Source: a virus
Reading direction: 5' to 3' (one strand)
IMG/VR virus record: IMGVR_UViG_3300037311_000293
DNA length: 64,000 nucleotides
Numbering within the stretch: the first letter of the stretch is position 1; each line of letters begins with the position of its first letter. The notes below the pieces were generated by a model. That model had not been told where the DNA came from, ran no database searches, and saw only the letters and a list, made by a program, of their open reading frames with translations. Below are positions 54,098 through 63,207 of the stretch, in pieces. Both the position numbers and the translations under genes were made by a program.

Positions 54098-54409
54098 ATG
54101 AAGTTCCGACCGCTACCCCCAGGACTGGCGCAACGCATGATCCAGGGTGAAACCGATGTACTCACCCCTCTCATGGACCAGCGCCTGAGCTCCATCAAGT
54201 CGATGCCGTGCCCGCGCTGCCACTCCTCGATGGCCCCTCACATGGACCCCGCTCACATGTACCGCGACGGGGACCTTCTTCCTCGAGTAGTCGGTAAGTG
54301 CCAAGAGTGCGGTGCCCAAGTCGATCCAAGCAACGGGATTGTGATCGACAGAGGGGACTCCCGACTCGTCGAAGATCCCCTCCCGATCATCAAGCCCAAG
54401 TCATCGTAG
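54098..54409 (+). CDS. Small Zn-ribbon protein, antisense to the baseplate operon
   Basis: MKFRPLPPG...CPRC..CQEC; 103 aa; convergent overlap with the baseplate J stop. Confidence 0.7.
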   Translation: MKFRPLPPGLAQRMIQGETDVLTPLMDQRLSSIKSMPCPRCHSSMAPHMDPAHMYRDGDLLPRVVGKCQECGAQVDPSNGIVIDRGDSRLVEDPLPIIKPKSS

Positions 54410-57400
54410 AGTTCCGGCGCTGACCCGGAGTACGCGGATGTTGTCGGGGATGTAGCGTTGCGTACGAACCGTGGTCACGAAGTCCCTGACGATCTGTGCG
54501 CGGATACGTCGACTCTCGTCGTGGTACACCACAACGAACAGCGGGGCCGCACGCCCAGTAAGACTGGCCGTGTCCGTGACGTACACCGAAGATGCGCCGC
54601 GCTTCGTGAGCACGGATGTCAGATCGGTCACCTCGAGTGCCTCGTTGGGTTCGATTTCATCGAGCAGCGTTTCGAAGGCCCGACGCATGACGGCCTCCGC
54701 GGAGCCGCCGAGATAGTTCCACGTCAGCGATACGTAGTGCGGGAACAGATGACGCACCAAGATCTCTTCGTTCAGCACCCGGTGTAGATCGGAGTCGCAG
54801 AAGCTCTGGACCTCATCGACAAGCTGACTCCTGTCGTAAGTGACCTGTACGTTCTGCTGGCTGAGCTGAACGTATTCCTCGGGACTGTCCGAGGATCCCA
54901 CCAACAGAATCGAACGACTGATCTCGGCAAACAGAACCTCTGCACGGCTGTAGGACAAGACAGGGTTCTCGGTGCTCAAGCGGAAACCATCAGCGGCATG
55001 ACCGGTGATCTCCATCTCCACCCCGGTGTTGAGGTTGTAGACGTCGCCGGGCCCCTCCGACACCATCTGAACATCGGCGTAGTACAGCCCCGTGGCGTCC
55101 TGGTTCTCGTTCATTTCCGTGGACGACACGCGCTGTACGTAGCGCAGCACGCGGTAGGCCGAGAGCGGCTGTGAAACACCAACCAGCCCCGGTGTGCGCG
55201 TCGACAGCGTCAGCGTGTTCTCTGCGACCGAGCGGATGATGTAGATCCCACTATCCGGGTGTTCGTTGGACAAACTGAGGATCGAAAGCGTGCCAAGAGC
55301 ATTCGGGGGCGTGTCGTCCAGAAGAATCGGCCGATTCGCCTGAAGCTGTAGTGCCCCCGACAGATCGAGCGACGCCACCGTCTCGCCGACTTGCTCATTG
55401 ATGTAGTCGACGACGTCCTGTCTGGGCATGTCGAAGGGGAACGTGATTGTAATGAACGGATCGGTTCCCAGGCGGATACGCATCGACAACCCGCCCACAG
55501 CGATGTTCCCGACAGACGACAGCGGCGCGGTGCCCGTGATGGGGATGTACAGCAGCTCGAGAAGATCTCCGGGCTTCACTCCTTGAAGCAAGAAGTTGAC
55601 GGTCGTGTCGTTGAGCGAATCGGGCGCCGAAGAAGTCCCTTGATGTGTGAGCTCGGTGAGGGGCGGCGCCGGAACAACCACTCGCTGGTTCTCGGGATCT
55701 GGCACGTAAGACAGCTCTGAAGAACCCTGGCGAGCCGTGAGTCGTGTCGAGCCGTACCGGAACTCCGCACTGGTCGGAGCCAAGAAGTAAGCGCGCGCCG
55801 ACCCCACACTGGGGCGGCCAATGCGCACGCGGGCCGACACGTCGGGGTTGAACACGACGTTGTCGTACAGCGACGTCTGACCCGTAGTGTCCTCGGGCCC
55901 TACAGGACCGCGGCCAACGATGACCTCGTCGAAAGCCGAACCCGTTGTAGGACCAAAAATCACGCGCCCGCGTGTACCGGCATTGGTCCCGTCGACGACT
56001 TCGACGACGTCACCGATGCGCACGGCGAACTGACTGAAGTCCGTACCCGCAGCGACAAGCCTGGCGTTGCTCGAGCCGATGACCCACCCAAGCTCGGCGA
56101 GCGCAGAACCACCGGAAATGCGTACATGACGAGCCGAGACGATGCCGACATATTCGCGTCCGTCCTTTGTGATCACAAGAGCACGAACACCAGCAGCAAC
56201 GAGCGGGGCATCACCGTTGATCTCCGCTGCCACCTGTGCCGCGGTCTTGACACCGGGAGTGAAGGTGAACACCGAAGGCGAAGGGACGGCGGCCCAGACG
56301 GCCGTGGGATCGAGCACTTCCCAGAAGAAGTCGAGCGTCCCTACGGCGTACGTACCAACAGTAGGTACAACAGAACGCGTCACCAAGCCCGTGATCACCC
56401 GCCCGTCGAAGCGGACGCCAGTACCTTCGTTCTGAAAGGCATTGCTGACCACGGCTACGGGATCGCGGAACGGGATCTGCGTACCACTGGGAGCCCCGGA
56501 GCTGTCCAGCAGTTCCATCGAGGTGATGCGCACAACAGGGGTGTCGACACCCTCGGAGCGCCTGAAGATGCGGTAGGCCACGCTACCGAGAGTCCGCACC
56601 AACACGGGCTCTACGACCAAGCTGACGGCATTGACCTCCGTGACGGTGTACTCGCCGCCGTACTCATCATCGAGCACCTCCAGGACGTCACCTGCGACGA
56701 CATTTGCATCGATGAAGTTGACGGCGCCGGCAGTCGTAACCACGCCGCTGTCGGCGACCGTGATGAGGTCGGATCCCGTGAGCTTGATGGCCTTCGGGTC
56801 AGTGAGCTCGACGTCGATTTCGTCGACCACTCGCCACGACAGACCACCCTGCGCACCCGTCATGGCCGTGGCCAGCCGAACCGTATACGGGCTCGTACTG
56901 GTGATGGCGATGATGCGGTAGCTCCCGGCGTCCACGCCTTCTTCGAGGACAAGACTCATACCGGGCTCGGGCGCGCGGTCCCCGGGCACATAACCGGAGA
57001 GCTCGACAGTATCTTCGAGCCCAGGCGTAGACCCCTGAGTCAGTGCATTGTTGCCGCGGGCGAGTGGATTCTGATCGGTGAGGCCCTCGATCTGCGCTGT
57101 TGCCGTTTCGGTCTCGCCAGCTAGATAGATGTCTGTTTTGCCGCCGATGTGGATGGTGTCGTTCGGGAGCTCGAGCGTTCCAGCGGTGCTGTCGGGCAAC
57201 GTGATCCCACCAGGAATGTCACTCAACGTGATTCCCCGACGCCGAAGCATCCACGTCAACGATGTCGCAGGAGACGTCACCGGTAGATCATGATCCACGC
57301 GAATCTGCGTGTTCGACAAGACCTCGAGGACAGCGGCGTCGACGACACGAAGTGCCGGCGTAGTGTCGGTGTAGACGAGCGTGACGAACCACTCGGCAGG

Positions 57401-58402
57401 TACGGTACCGACCGCCCCAAGGCGGGATACGAAAGACCCCGAAGGGGCATCTACGATTCGGGTGGTCGTGTTGGCGTCCAGATCGTCCGGGGCCGTGCCG
57501 GCACCGAAGAAGTTGCCGTCGACGTCCGGAGAAGGAATCGGACCGAGGCCAGCGCCCTTCACGACGTCGCGTTGCATCTCGGGGTCACGGAAGCCAACAG
57601 AGAAAATCCTACGAATCGCAGGGAAGCTCTCGGGGAGCACGGCTACGATGCCGCGGTCGGTGTTGAGTGTCTTGTCCCCGAGGGACCTCTCGACGCGCGC
57701 CACAAACTCGTTGTTGGTCTCCCGTGGTGCGCCGAACCGGAAGCGCCTCGGATTCCGCACACGTACCGCGGTCGGTACGTTCGCGATGCTCACGATCTCT
57801 CGCGGCTCCACGTTGTACTCATCACCCCGACGCTCTGCGGTGTAGTTGGCGTCGAAGTAGTACTCAGATCCCTCAATGTTGAGGAGCATCTGGTCGGCAG
57901 TGATCTGTTGGGGCCTCGTCGGCAGAAAGCGAAGCCCAGAACGCGTCGTCGCCGGATTGACCGCAGACAACGTGATGCTCTGTGGGGTCGAGAAGTAGAG
58001 ACGCACCACCCCCACGGCGAAGCCACCGCCAATGCGATTGGCGAAGAAGTTGCCCATCAAGGCATCGACCTCGTCATCGCTCATGCTGTCGACGTTCCGT
58101 AGAGAACGCCGCAGCTTCACGAGCTTGGTCTCGCGAATCACCGGCTCGAGCAGCACACGCATCGGGTCGATGAGCACGTCCGTGAGCTCGTCGACCTCAG
58201 TGATGGCCAGATCCGGAAACGCTTGTCGAACGCGACTCTGCACGAAGGTCGCAACGTCCTGGTCGAACGGATCGATCCCGATGCGCTCGATGATGGGCTC
58301 GACGAGCTCGGCGTTGGCGCGACTACCCTCGCTCAAGTCGATGTCTGGGTCGTAGCGGAGTAGCGCGTCTTCGAGGAATCGTCGGAGGTCGGAGCTAGCC
58401 AT
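54401..58402 (-). CDS. Baseplate J/gp6-like wedge protein with large beta-rich insertion
   Basis: N-terminal DIDLSEGS..MSDDEVDALMGNFF..GVVRLYFS and GAPRETNNEFVAR are baseplate-J signatures; 1333 aa. Confidence 0.75.
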   Translation of the reverse strand: MASSDLRRFLEDALLRYDPDIDLSEGSRANAELVEPIIERIGIDPFDQDVATFVQSRVRQAFPDLAITEVDELTDVLIDPMRVLLEPVIRETKLVKLRRSLRNVDSMSDDEVDALMGNFFANRIGGGFAVGVVRLYFSTPQSITLSAVNPATTRSGLRFLPTRPQQITADQMLLNIEGSEYYFDANYTAERRGDEYNVEPREIVSIANVPTAVRVRNPRRFRFGAPRETNNEFVARVERSLGDKTLNTDRGIVAVLPESFPAIRRIFSVGFRDPEMQRDVVKGAGLGPIPSPDVDGNFFGAGTAPDDLDANTTTRIVDAPSGSFVSRLGAVGTVPAEWFVTLVYTDTTPALRVVDAAVLEVLSNTQIRVDHDLPVTSPATSLTWMLRRRGITLSDIPGGITLPDSTAGTLELPNDTIHIGGKTDIYLAGETETATAQIEGLTDQNPLARGNNALTQGSTPGLEDTVELSGYVPGDRAPEPGMSLVLEEGVDAGSYRIIAITSTSPYTVRLATAMTGAQGGLSWRVVDEIDVELTDPKAIKLTGSDLITVADSGVVTTAGAVNFIDANVVAGDVLEVLDDEYGGEYTVTEVNAVSLVVEPVLVRTLGSVAYRIFRRSEGVDTPVVRITSMELLDSSGAPSGTQIPFRDPVAVVSNAFQNEGTGVRFDGRVITGLVTRSVVPTVGTYAVGTLDFFWEVLDPTAVWAAVPSPSVFTFTPGVKTAAQVAAEINGDAPLVAAGVRALVITKDGREYVGIVSARHVRISGGSALAELGWVIGSSNARLVAAGTDFSQFAVRIGDVVEVVDGTNAGTRGRVIFGPTTGSAFDEVIVGRGPVGPEDTTGQTSLYDNVVFNPDVSARVRIGRPSVGSARAYFLAPTSAEFRYGSTRLTARQGSSELSYVPDPENQRVVVPAPPLTELTHQGTSSAPDSLNDTTVNFLLQGVKPGDLLELLYIPITGTAPLSSVGNIAVGGLSMRIRLGTDPFITITFPFDMPRQDVVDYINEQVGETVASLDLSGALQLQANRPILLDDTPPNALGTLSILSLSNEHPDSGIYIIRSVAENTLTLSTRTPGLVGVSQPLSAYRVLRYVQRVSSTEMNENQDATGLYYADVQMVSEGPGDVYNLNTGVEMEITGHAADGFRLSTENPVLSYSRAEVLFAEISRSILLVGSSDSPEEYVQLSQQNVQVTYDRSQLVDEVQSFCDSDLHRVLNEEILVRHLFPHYVSLTWNYLGGSAEAVMRRAFETLLDEIEPNEALEVTDLTSVLTKRGASSVYVTDTASLTGRAAPLFVVVYHDESRRIRAQIVRDFVTTVRTQRYIPDNIRVLRVSAGTLR

Positions 58403-58409
58403 GGTGATC

Positions 58410-59051
58410 CTACAAGGTGAGGGTAGCCGCGCCCGTCTGACCCGAGTGGCTGGTCAGCAGGATGGTCACGTAAATCGAGGTGCTTCGTGGGTCGGCGGTC
58501 AGTGCTTGGATGTCTGCCGAGAGTAGTCTTTCGCTAGGCGGGATATTGCGATCCTGGGTCTGGGCGTTGATCACGTACTGGCGTGCCGCTGCCACGGCGA
58601 TCGCTACATCAGCCGCCGCTTGCTGGGAAGTGATACCACCGACCCGCTTGATCATTCCGCCGCCCGAGCGCGGATGAAAGATGTTGGTTCCCTGAGTACG
58701 AAGTAGTTGACGAAGAAAGACTTGGATCAGGCGTAGCGTGCCCGTCACCTTCTTCGGTCGTGTACCCAGGGTGAGCTCGACGAGGCTGCGTTCCGTGAAC
58801 GTCAGCGACGTAGAAAGGACGGTCACGCCCGTGATGATTGCATCCTCGATTCCCTCTGGGACCTGGGCGATGAGCGCTGTCTCTGAGTACGCAACGAACT
58901 CAGGAGAGGTGAAACCGTTGATCAACACAGACTCGACGTTACGGAAGTCACGCCCACGAACAATCAGACTGCGCGGAACGACACCAGGAGCGTTCGAGAA
59001 CGACGACGTCGGCAGCACGTCGAGCAAGCGTACTAGTTGAATACCGATCAT
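58410..59051 (-). CDS. gp25-like baseplate/sheath initiator with N-terminal IPT/TIG-like domain
   Basis: LIVRGRDF..VESVLING..(IPT-like), then VTGTLRLIQVFLRQLLRTQGTNIFHPRSGGG..ERLLSADI. Confidence 0.65.
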   Translation of the reverse strand: MIGIQLVRLLDVLPTSSFSNAPGVVPRSLIVRGRDFRNVESVLINGFTSPEFVAYSETALIAQVPEGIEDAIITGVTVLSTSLTFTERSLVELTLGTRPKKVTGTLRLIQVFLRQLLRTQGTNIFHPRSGGGMIKRVGGITSQQAAADVAIAVAAARQYVINAQTQDRNIPPSERLLSADIQALTADPRSTSIYVTILLTSHSGQTGAATLTL

Positions 59052-59368
59052 TGGTCGTCCCCTGGCGGCGTGTTGACGTCGCCCTCAGCATCCGCTCTGC
59101 GGAAGAACTCAGGAGGCGTGTCCTTCATAGCGTCGATCTTTGAAGACAGCTCTTCTCGGATCTTACGTACGCGTTCCAGCCGACTCGGACTCGTGGGGTC
59201 CGTCCCGCCCTCAAGACGCTCGATGTTTTGGTCCACGAGCTCCTCGAGGCTAAGACTGACGTAGGAATCTCGGATTTCCGCAGACCGAAGCTCCCCCACG
59301 GCGTCGGATACGACGCGTCTGAACTCGCGTAGCTGCTCTCGAGCTGATGTGCGCGGTGTGTCGGCCAC
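59048..59368 (-). CDS. Hypothetical helical protein
   Basis: 106 aa, GTG start with no SD. Confidence 0.65.
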   Translation of the reverse strand: MADTPRTSAREQLREFRRVVSDAVGELRSAEIRDSYVSLSLEELVDQNIERLEGGTDPTSPSRLERVRKIREELSSKIDAMKDTPPEFFRRADAEGDVNTPPGDDQ

Positions 59369-59374
59369 GGCGCA

Positions 59375-59380
59375 ACTGTA
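59375..59380 (-). promoter_or_regulatory. -10 element for a leaderless mRNA
   Basis: TACAGT, N6, GTG 59368; no matching -35. Confidence 0.35.
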
Positions 59381-59382
59381 AC

Positions 59383-61950
59383 TCAGGGGTCCGCGTCTTC
59401 GCTATTCGGGTCGAACGGGTCGGGCTGGAAGCTCACTGGGCGCCATTCCTGAAGGATACGGGTCGACGCCGCGTTCTTAGACACCGGAGCGACCTCTCGC
59501 GCTGTCGTGGCGGCTTGGCGGACGAGCCACGTGGTGTACGACACCCCATCAGGCTCCATCGAAAAGAGCTCTTCGATACGGAGACCAAGTAGCAGATCCA
59601 AAGCGCGATCGAAACCTTGCTCCTGCATAGTACGGACGACGTTGTCGATCGGGCGCTCTCTCGACACCACATAGCCGCCCAACGCGTCCCGCAAACCGAC
59701 CAATGCGGCGCGGTAGCCGTCGAGGATGCTGGTGAGCTCAGCGCTGTAACGCGCACCTCGGGAAAGGCTACCAATGGCTTGGTCTACAAGACGCACATCG
59801 GGATACGCCGCCAAGAACTGATTGATCGAAGGTTGAAGGTCAGCGTAGGCCGTAGCTCTCGCGCTTCGGATCTGGTAGGACCAGTTACCGACCTCGTATG
59901 GGATCAGCAGATCTAGGACCAGACGAGACGTAGTGACTTCTGTGATGACGGCGTCGTAAGACACGGCGGAAGGGCTAGTGAGGCTGATCAAGTCACCTAC
60001 CCGTACGCCGCGCAGAAGGAAGTCGCCAGTAACCTGGAACTCCGTCAACGCCGCGTACACAGGAGTAGCGGTCACAGCAAAACCAAGTGCTGTTGCCCCC
60101 GTGCTGGGGGCCGAAACACCGATGCTGCCGGTAGTACTTGTGCTGGGGGACAACAAAACCAACCGGTCGTCTGTGATCGTAGCGAATAGCGCAATGTCTT
60201 CTTCGGGGATGACGCGATCAAGCACAATACGCGCTACGCCCGCGGACAGCACACGGTAGAAGCCTGTGTTGGTGGGGTTGGCTGCACTTGTGAGCTGGAC
60301 CCGTGCGCCGGCAGGCACATCGCGGTAGTCGCCTCCGATGTAGTAGGTCAGCGCCCCCGAAGGCGGTGCAGGCGACAAAGTGAGCACAGGCCCGTCCACG
60401 GCAGTGATCTCGTAGTCCGCCACACCAGGAGCTGTGGTGTGAACAAACATACCGGGGAGCACACCGAGGGCCTCGAGGTTCTTCGAAGCGCTAGTTGCCT
60501 GGTTACCTGATGCGACCAGATCTGCGCCTTGGTCAACGCGCTCCCACAGTACGCTCTCTTCTCCGATGACCGCGGTGCGTTGACCCACGAAAGAGCCAAG
60601 TGGGGAGCGCACCGTGTCTAGTCTGACTGCGGGGTAGTTCGCCAACTCGGCCACAACAAGATCGATAGGCACGGGCGTGCCCGATGCTTCGGAAGAGAGA
60701 ACCTCTGTCGGAGGAAACGCCCAGACCCAGAAGTTCTCACGCGGTGCCGTATCGAACAGGGTCTTGAGCCTAGATGCGTCACCCGGATCTTCAGACTGAA
60801 ACACGAGCTGGTTCGTTCCAGCGTCCCATGTCACTGAGATCCCAGGAAGGTTGGCGTCTAGATCTAGGGCCGCCGCGGGACCATCGACGTGCGGCAACGG
60901 CACCACGTACGAAACCACGCCACCACCGTTGAGCTCGAAAGCGACCTCGTCCGCGGCAGCCAACGAAACCCAAGGCGTGATCGGTCGTGTACGCAACTCC
61001 GCACGTGAAGAGCCGGGAAGCACAACTGGGCCCACAGGGGCGCCATCGACCTCGAACGTGAACGATGTCCCAGGATCGTAGTTGTACGGGGCCGACAACA
61101 CCGACGAGATGCGGGGCTGTTCGCCTGGGGAATCCAAAAGCACACCCGTAGTCGGGTCCCCAGTCTTCGGCATCAGTTCGAGCTCTGGGTTCTGAAACGA
61201 CGATGCCTTCGTCAGAAGTGTTCGCATCGTCAGGAGCTCAAGCATGGCCATTCGGCTTTCGGCCTGTGCACTTGAGCCCTCCATTACGGTGCGGAGCTCT
61301 GACAGTCGTGTGGAGATCCGTGAAGCAATGTCCCGGACCGCAGTCTCGGGAAGACGAACGCGCTCCAACGAAGACAGCGCACCAGCGACAGCAGTACCCA
61401 GCGTGAGGATGGTATCATGCCTTGAAGGGCCATCGATCCACGCTTGTTTGATCTTCTCTCTGAGTTCCTCTCCTGTCTCGACTACGGAAGAACCGGACAC
61501 CACGTTTTTGATCAACTCCGTGGATACGAAACGCGACACGCTTCGGCGAAAGCGATCTACCGCAGGACCAATCGAACCCCGGATGCCGCTAGTACGAGCC
61601 CCAAGCCCCGCATTGAGGTCGAGAATGGCGGCCTGAGCGTTGGCCAGGTCCGTAGTGGAGTCTACGAGCTTCGACGGTCTGGAAGCCAAAGGAGCGGATT
61701 CTCTGATGACGTCGAGAGCCTCGAGCTGGCGTGTGACCTCTGCGCTCAGCCGGTTCGCCGCAAGCCGCACCAGATAGAAGTAGGCATCCGGGCGAAGAAG
61801 TAGCGCCGTGGTCAGTAGATCGAACACACGATCCTTGACCACAAGTACGGCCCGCGCGCCTGTCTTCAGGCGAGGTACCTCGACGCGCTTCAGCAAGAAG
61901 CGATCAACTACGTCTTGAACTTCCTCGTCGGTAAACCCGGGCATGATCAT
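59383..61950 (-). CDS. Large baseplate-associated structural protein
   Basis: 855 aa: helical ends and a beta-rich middle with repeated G(D/M/A)x(V/I)..Y.(I/V) modules; upstream of the gp25-like gene. Confidence 0.6.
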   Translation of the reverse strand: MIMPGFTDEEVQDVVDRFLLKRVEVPRLKTGARAVLVVKDRVFDLLTTALLLRPDAYFYLVRLAANRLSAEVTRQLEALDVIRESAPLASRPSKLVDSTTDLANAQAAILDLNAGLGARTSGIRGSIGPAVDRFRRSVSRFVSTELIKNVVSGSSVVETGEELREKIKQAWIDGPSRHDTILTLGTAVAGALSSLERVRLPETAVRDIASRISTRLSELRTVMEGSSAQAESRMAMLELLTMRTLLTKASSFQNPELELMPKTGDPTTGVLLDSPGEQPRISSVLSAPYNYDPGTSFTFEVDGAPVGPVVLPGSSRAELRTRPITPWVSLAAADEVAFELNGGGVVSYVVPLPHVDGPAAALDLDANLPGISVTWDAGTNQLVFQSEDPGDASRLKTLFDTAPRENFWVWAFPPTEVLSSEASGTPVPIDLVVAELANYPAVRLDTVRSPLGSFVGQRTAVIGEESVLWERVDQGADLVASGNQATSASKNLEALGVLPGMFVHTTAPGVADYEITAVDGPVLTLSPAPPSGALTYYIGGDYRDVPAGARVQLTSAANPTNTGFYRVLSAGVARIVLDRVIPEEDIALFATITDDRLVLLSPSTSTTGSIGVSAPSTGATALGFAVTATPVYAALTEFQVTGDFLLRGVRVGDLISLTSPSAVSYDAVITEVTTSRLVLDLLIPYEVGNWSYQIRSARATAYADLQPSINQFLAAYPDVRLVDQAIGSLSRGARYSAELTSILDGYRAALVGLRDALGGYVVSRERPIDNVVRTMQEQGFDRALDLLLGLRIEELFSMEPDGVSYTTWLVRQAATTAREVAPVSKNAASTRILQEWRPVSFQPDPFDPNSEDADP

Positions 61951-62291
61951 CCAAGGTGAGTGTTCATCTTCTGAATGTCAGCCCGTGTAAGACGAAGCGC
62001 GTGATCGCGCACCTTCTTCGGGTCGATCCCCAGAATCGAGCAGATATACAAGAAGGAGTAGCGTCCTTCTTCGTCTTCTTCTTCCTGGCCGTCCCAGAAA
62101 AGCCAACCCGCAGCATCTACGGCGAGCTCATGATTCGAAGCGGTCGGGTCCTTGTACAGAACGAAGTCCCACACTGCTCTTCTCACCACCGCAAGAAGAA
62201 GCCGCTGGGTAGGATCAGTGCTTTGACGCTGCTCCACCCAGTCTTGGTCGACCGAAAGGTCAAGACACAACGATAGATGTAACCGCTCCAT
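61947..62291 (-). CDS. Small conserved-looking helical protein (possible regulator)
   Basis: RLLLAVVRRAVWDF..AAGWLF..SFLYICSILGIDPKKVR; start uncertain (ATG 62291). Confidence 0.55.
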   Translation of the reverse strand: MERLHLSLCLDLSVDQDWVEQRQSTDPTQRLLLAVVRRAVWDFVLYKDPTASNHELAVDAAGWLFWDGQEEEDEEGRYSFLYICSILGIDPKKVRDHALRLTRADIQKMNTHLG

Positions 62292-63174
62292 CGATCCCCG
62301 GATCTGGAATGTAGACGATTGACGTGTCTCGTCGAGAGACTCTAAGAGTCGTTGTTCCTGCGGCAATCCCATAGATCACGACCTTGTCCGAGCGAATCTC
62401 TACGCTCGCGATGGACGGGTCGTCCGTAGAGTACACGACATCTTCATGCGCCGTACCCTCAAGTACTCGAAAGTCGGTAGCCGTGATCGTAGGGGTCAAC
62501 TTGAGCGAAGAACCGACGGACACTGTGAACGGGCCAGCAGGATCGTATGCGACTGCCCCGATGATGGGGAACAGGAGATGCATGATGTTGATGGACGCTC
62601 GATCAGGTACAACGATCTGACGTTGCGTATCCTCGAGGCTCTCTATGGTGACCAGGTAAAGGCCACTACGGAGTAGATCAACTTGGATGTACCCGTTTGC
62701 GTCCGTCCTCACGTTCACGCGCTCGCCCAGGATGCCGTGACCGTCGACTACGAGAGGCCTGAAGCACGGGATGAACGCGACATCCACTCCCTTGTTCGGT
62801 CTACCGTCCGCGCGCCAGATGTAACCCGAAGCACGGCACAGTCTGGGATTGGCAGAAGTCGGAAGATCCAGCAACTCGGCCGTGATCTCAAAGTTGTTCG
62901 CCCCGGTTGGTGCCAACGCCGGCGGAGAGTAGACCTCGATGTACTGTGGCGATGGAATGGCCCCTCCAGCAATGTAGAAGCGCAACTGGTACAGCACTGC
63001 TGGATCGTCGCCGTTCAGCGTGAACTCCACTGTGCCCGATAGGACGTCACCTGTCGTCGCCTGCGTGATCAGCGTAGTACCCGTGGCGTCGTAGACGCGC
63101 ACGACCACACCGTCTACGGAGTCTGAGCCGACGCTGTCGTCTACGACGCTGATCTGTACGGTCTCGAGCGGCAT
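62260..63174 (-). CDS. Virion surface protein with prealbumin-like and Ig-like (Big_2) domains
   Basis: GVVVRVYD..ATTG and VVYSTDDPSIASV..IYGIAAGTTTLRVS. Confidence 0.6.
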   Translation of the reverse strand: MPLETVQISVVDDSVGSDSVDGVVVRVYDATGTTLITQATTGDVLSGTVEFTLNGDDPAVLYQLRFYIAGGAIPSPQYIEVYSPPALAPTGANNFEITAELLDLPTSANPRLCRASGYIWRADGRPNKGVDVAFIPCFRPLVVDGHGILGERVNVRTDANGYIQVDLLRSGLYLVTIESLEDTQRQIVVPDRASINIMHLLFPIIGAVAYDPAGPFTVSVGSSLKLTPTITATDFRVLEGTAHEDVVYSTDDPSIASVEIRSDKVVIYGIAAGTTTLRVSRRDTSIVYIPDPGIDGAVTSIVVS

Positions 63175-63180
63175 GTCGGC

Positions 63181-63187
63181 TAGCTTA
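63181..63187. promoter_or_regulatory. Symmetric TAnnnTA element; extended -10 (TGnTAAGCT) for the leaderless minus-strand gene
   Basis: TAGCTTA. On minus: TGG-TAAGCT, N7, ATG 63174. Confidence 0.5.
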
Positions 63188-63207
63188 CCAAAACACCGGC
63201 CTTCTCG

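Noticed and set aside
62426-62435. GTAGAGTACA resembling the bidirectional element
   Set aside because: Inside coding sequence (VVYST) with no adjacent divergent start; likely chance.
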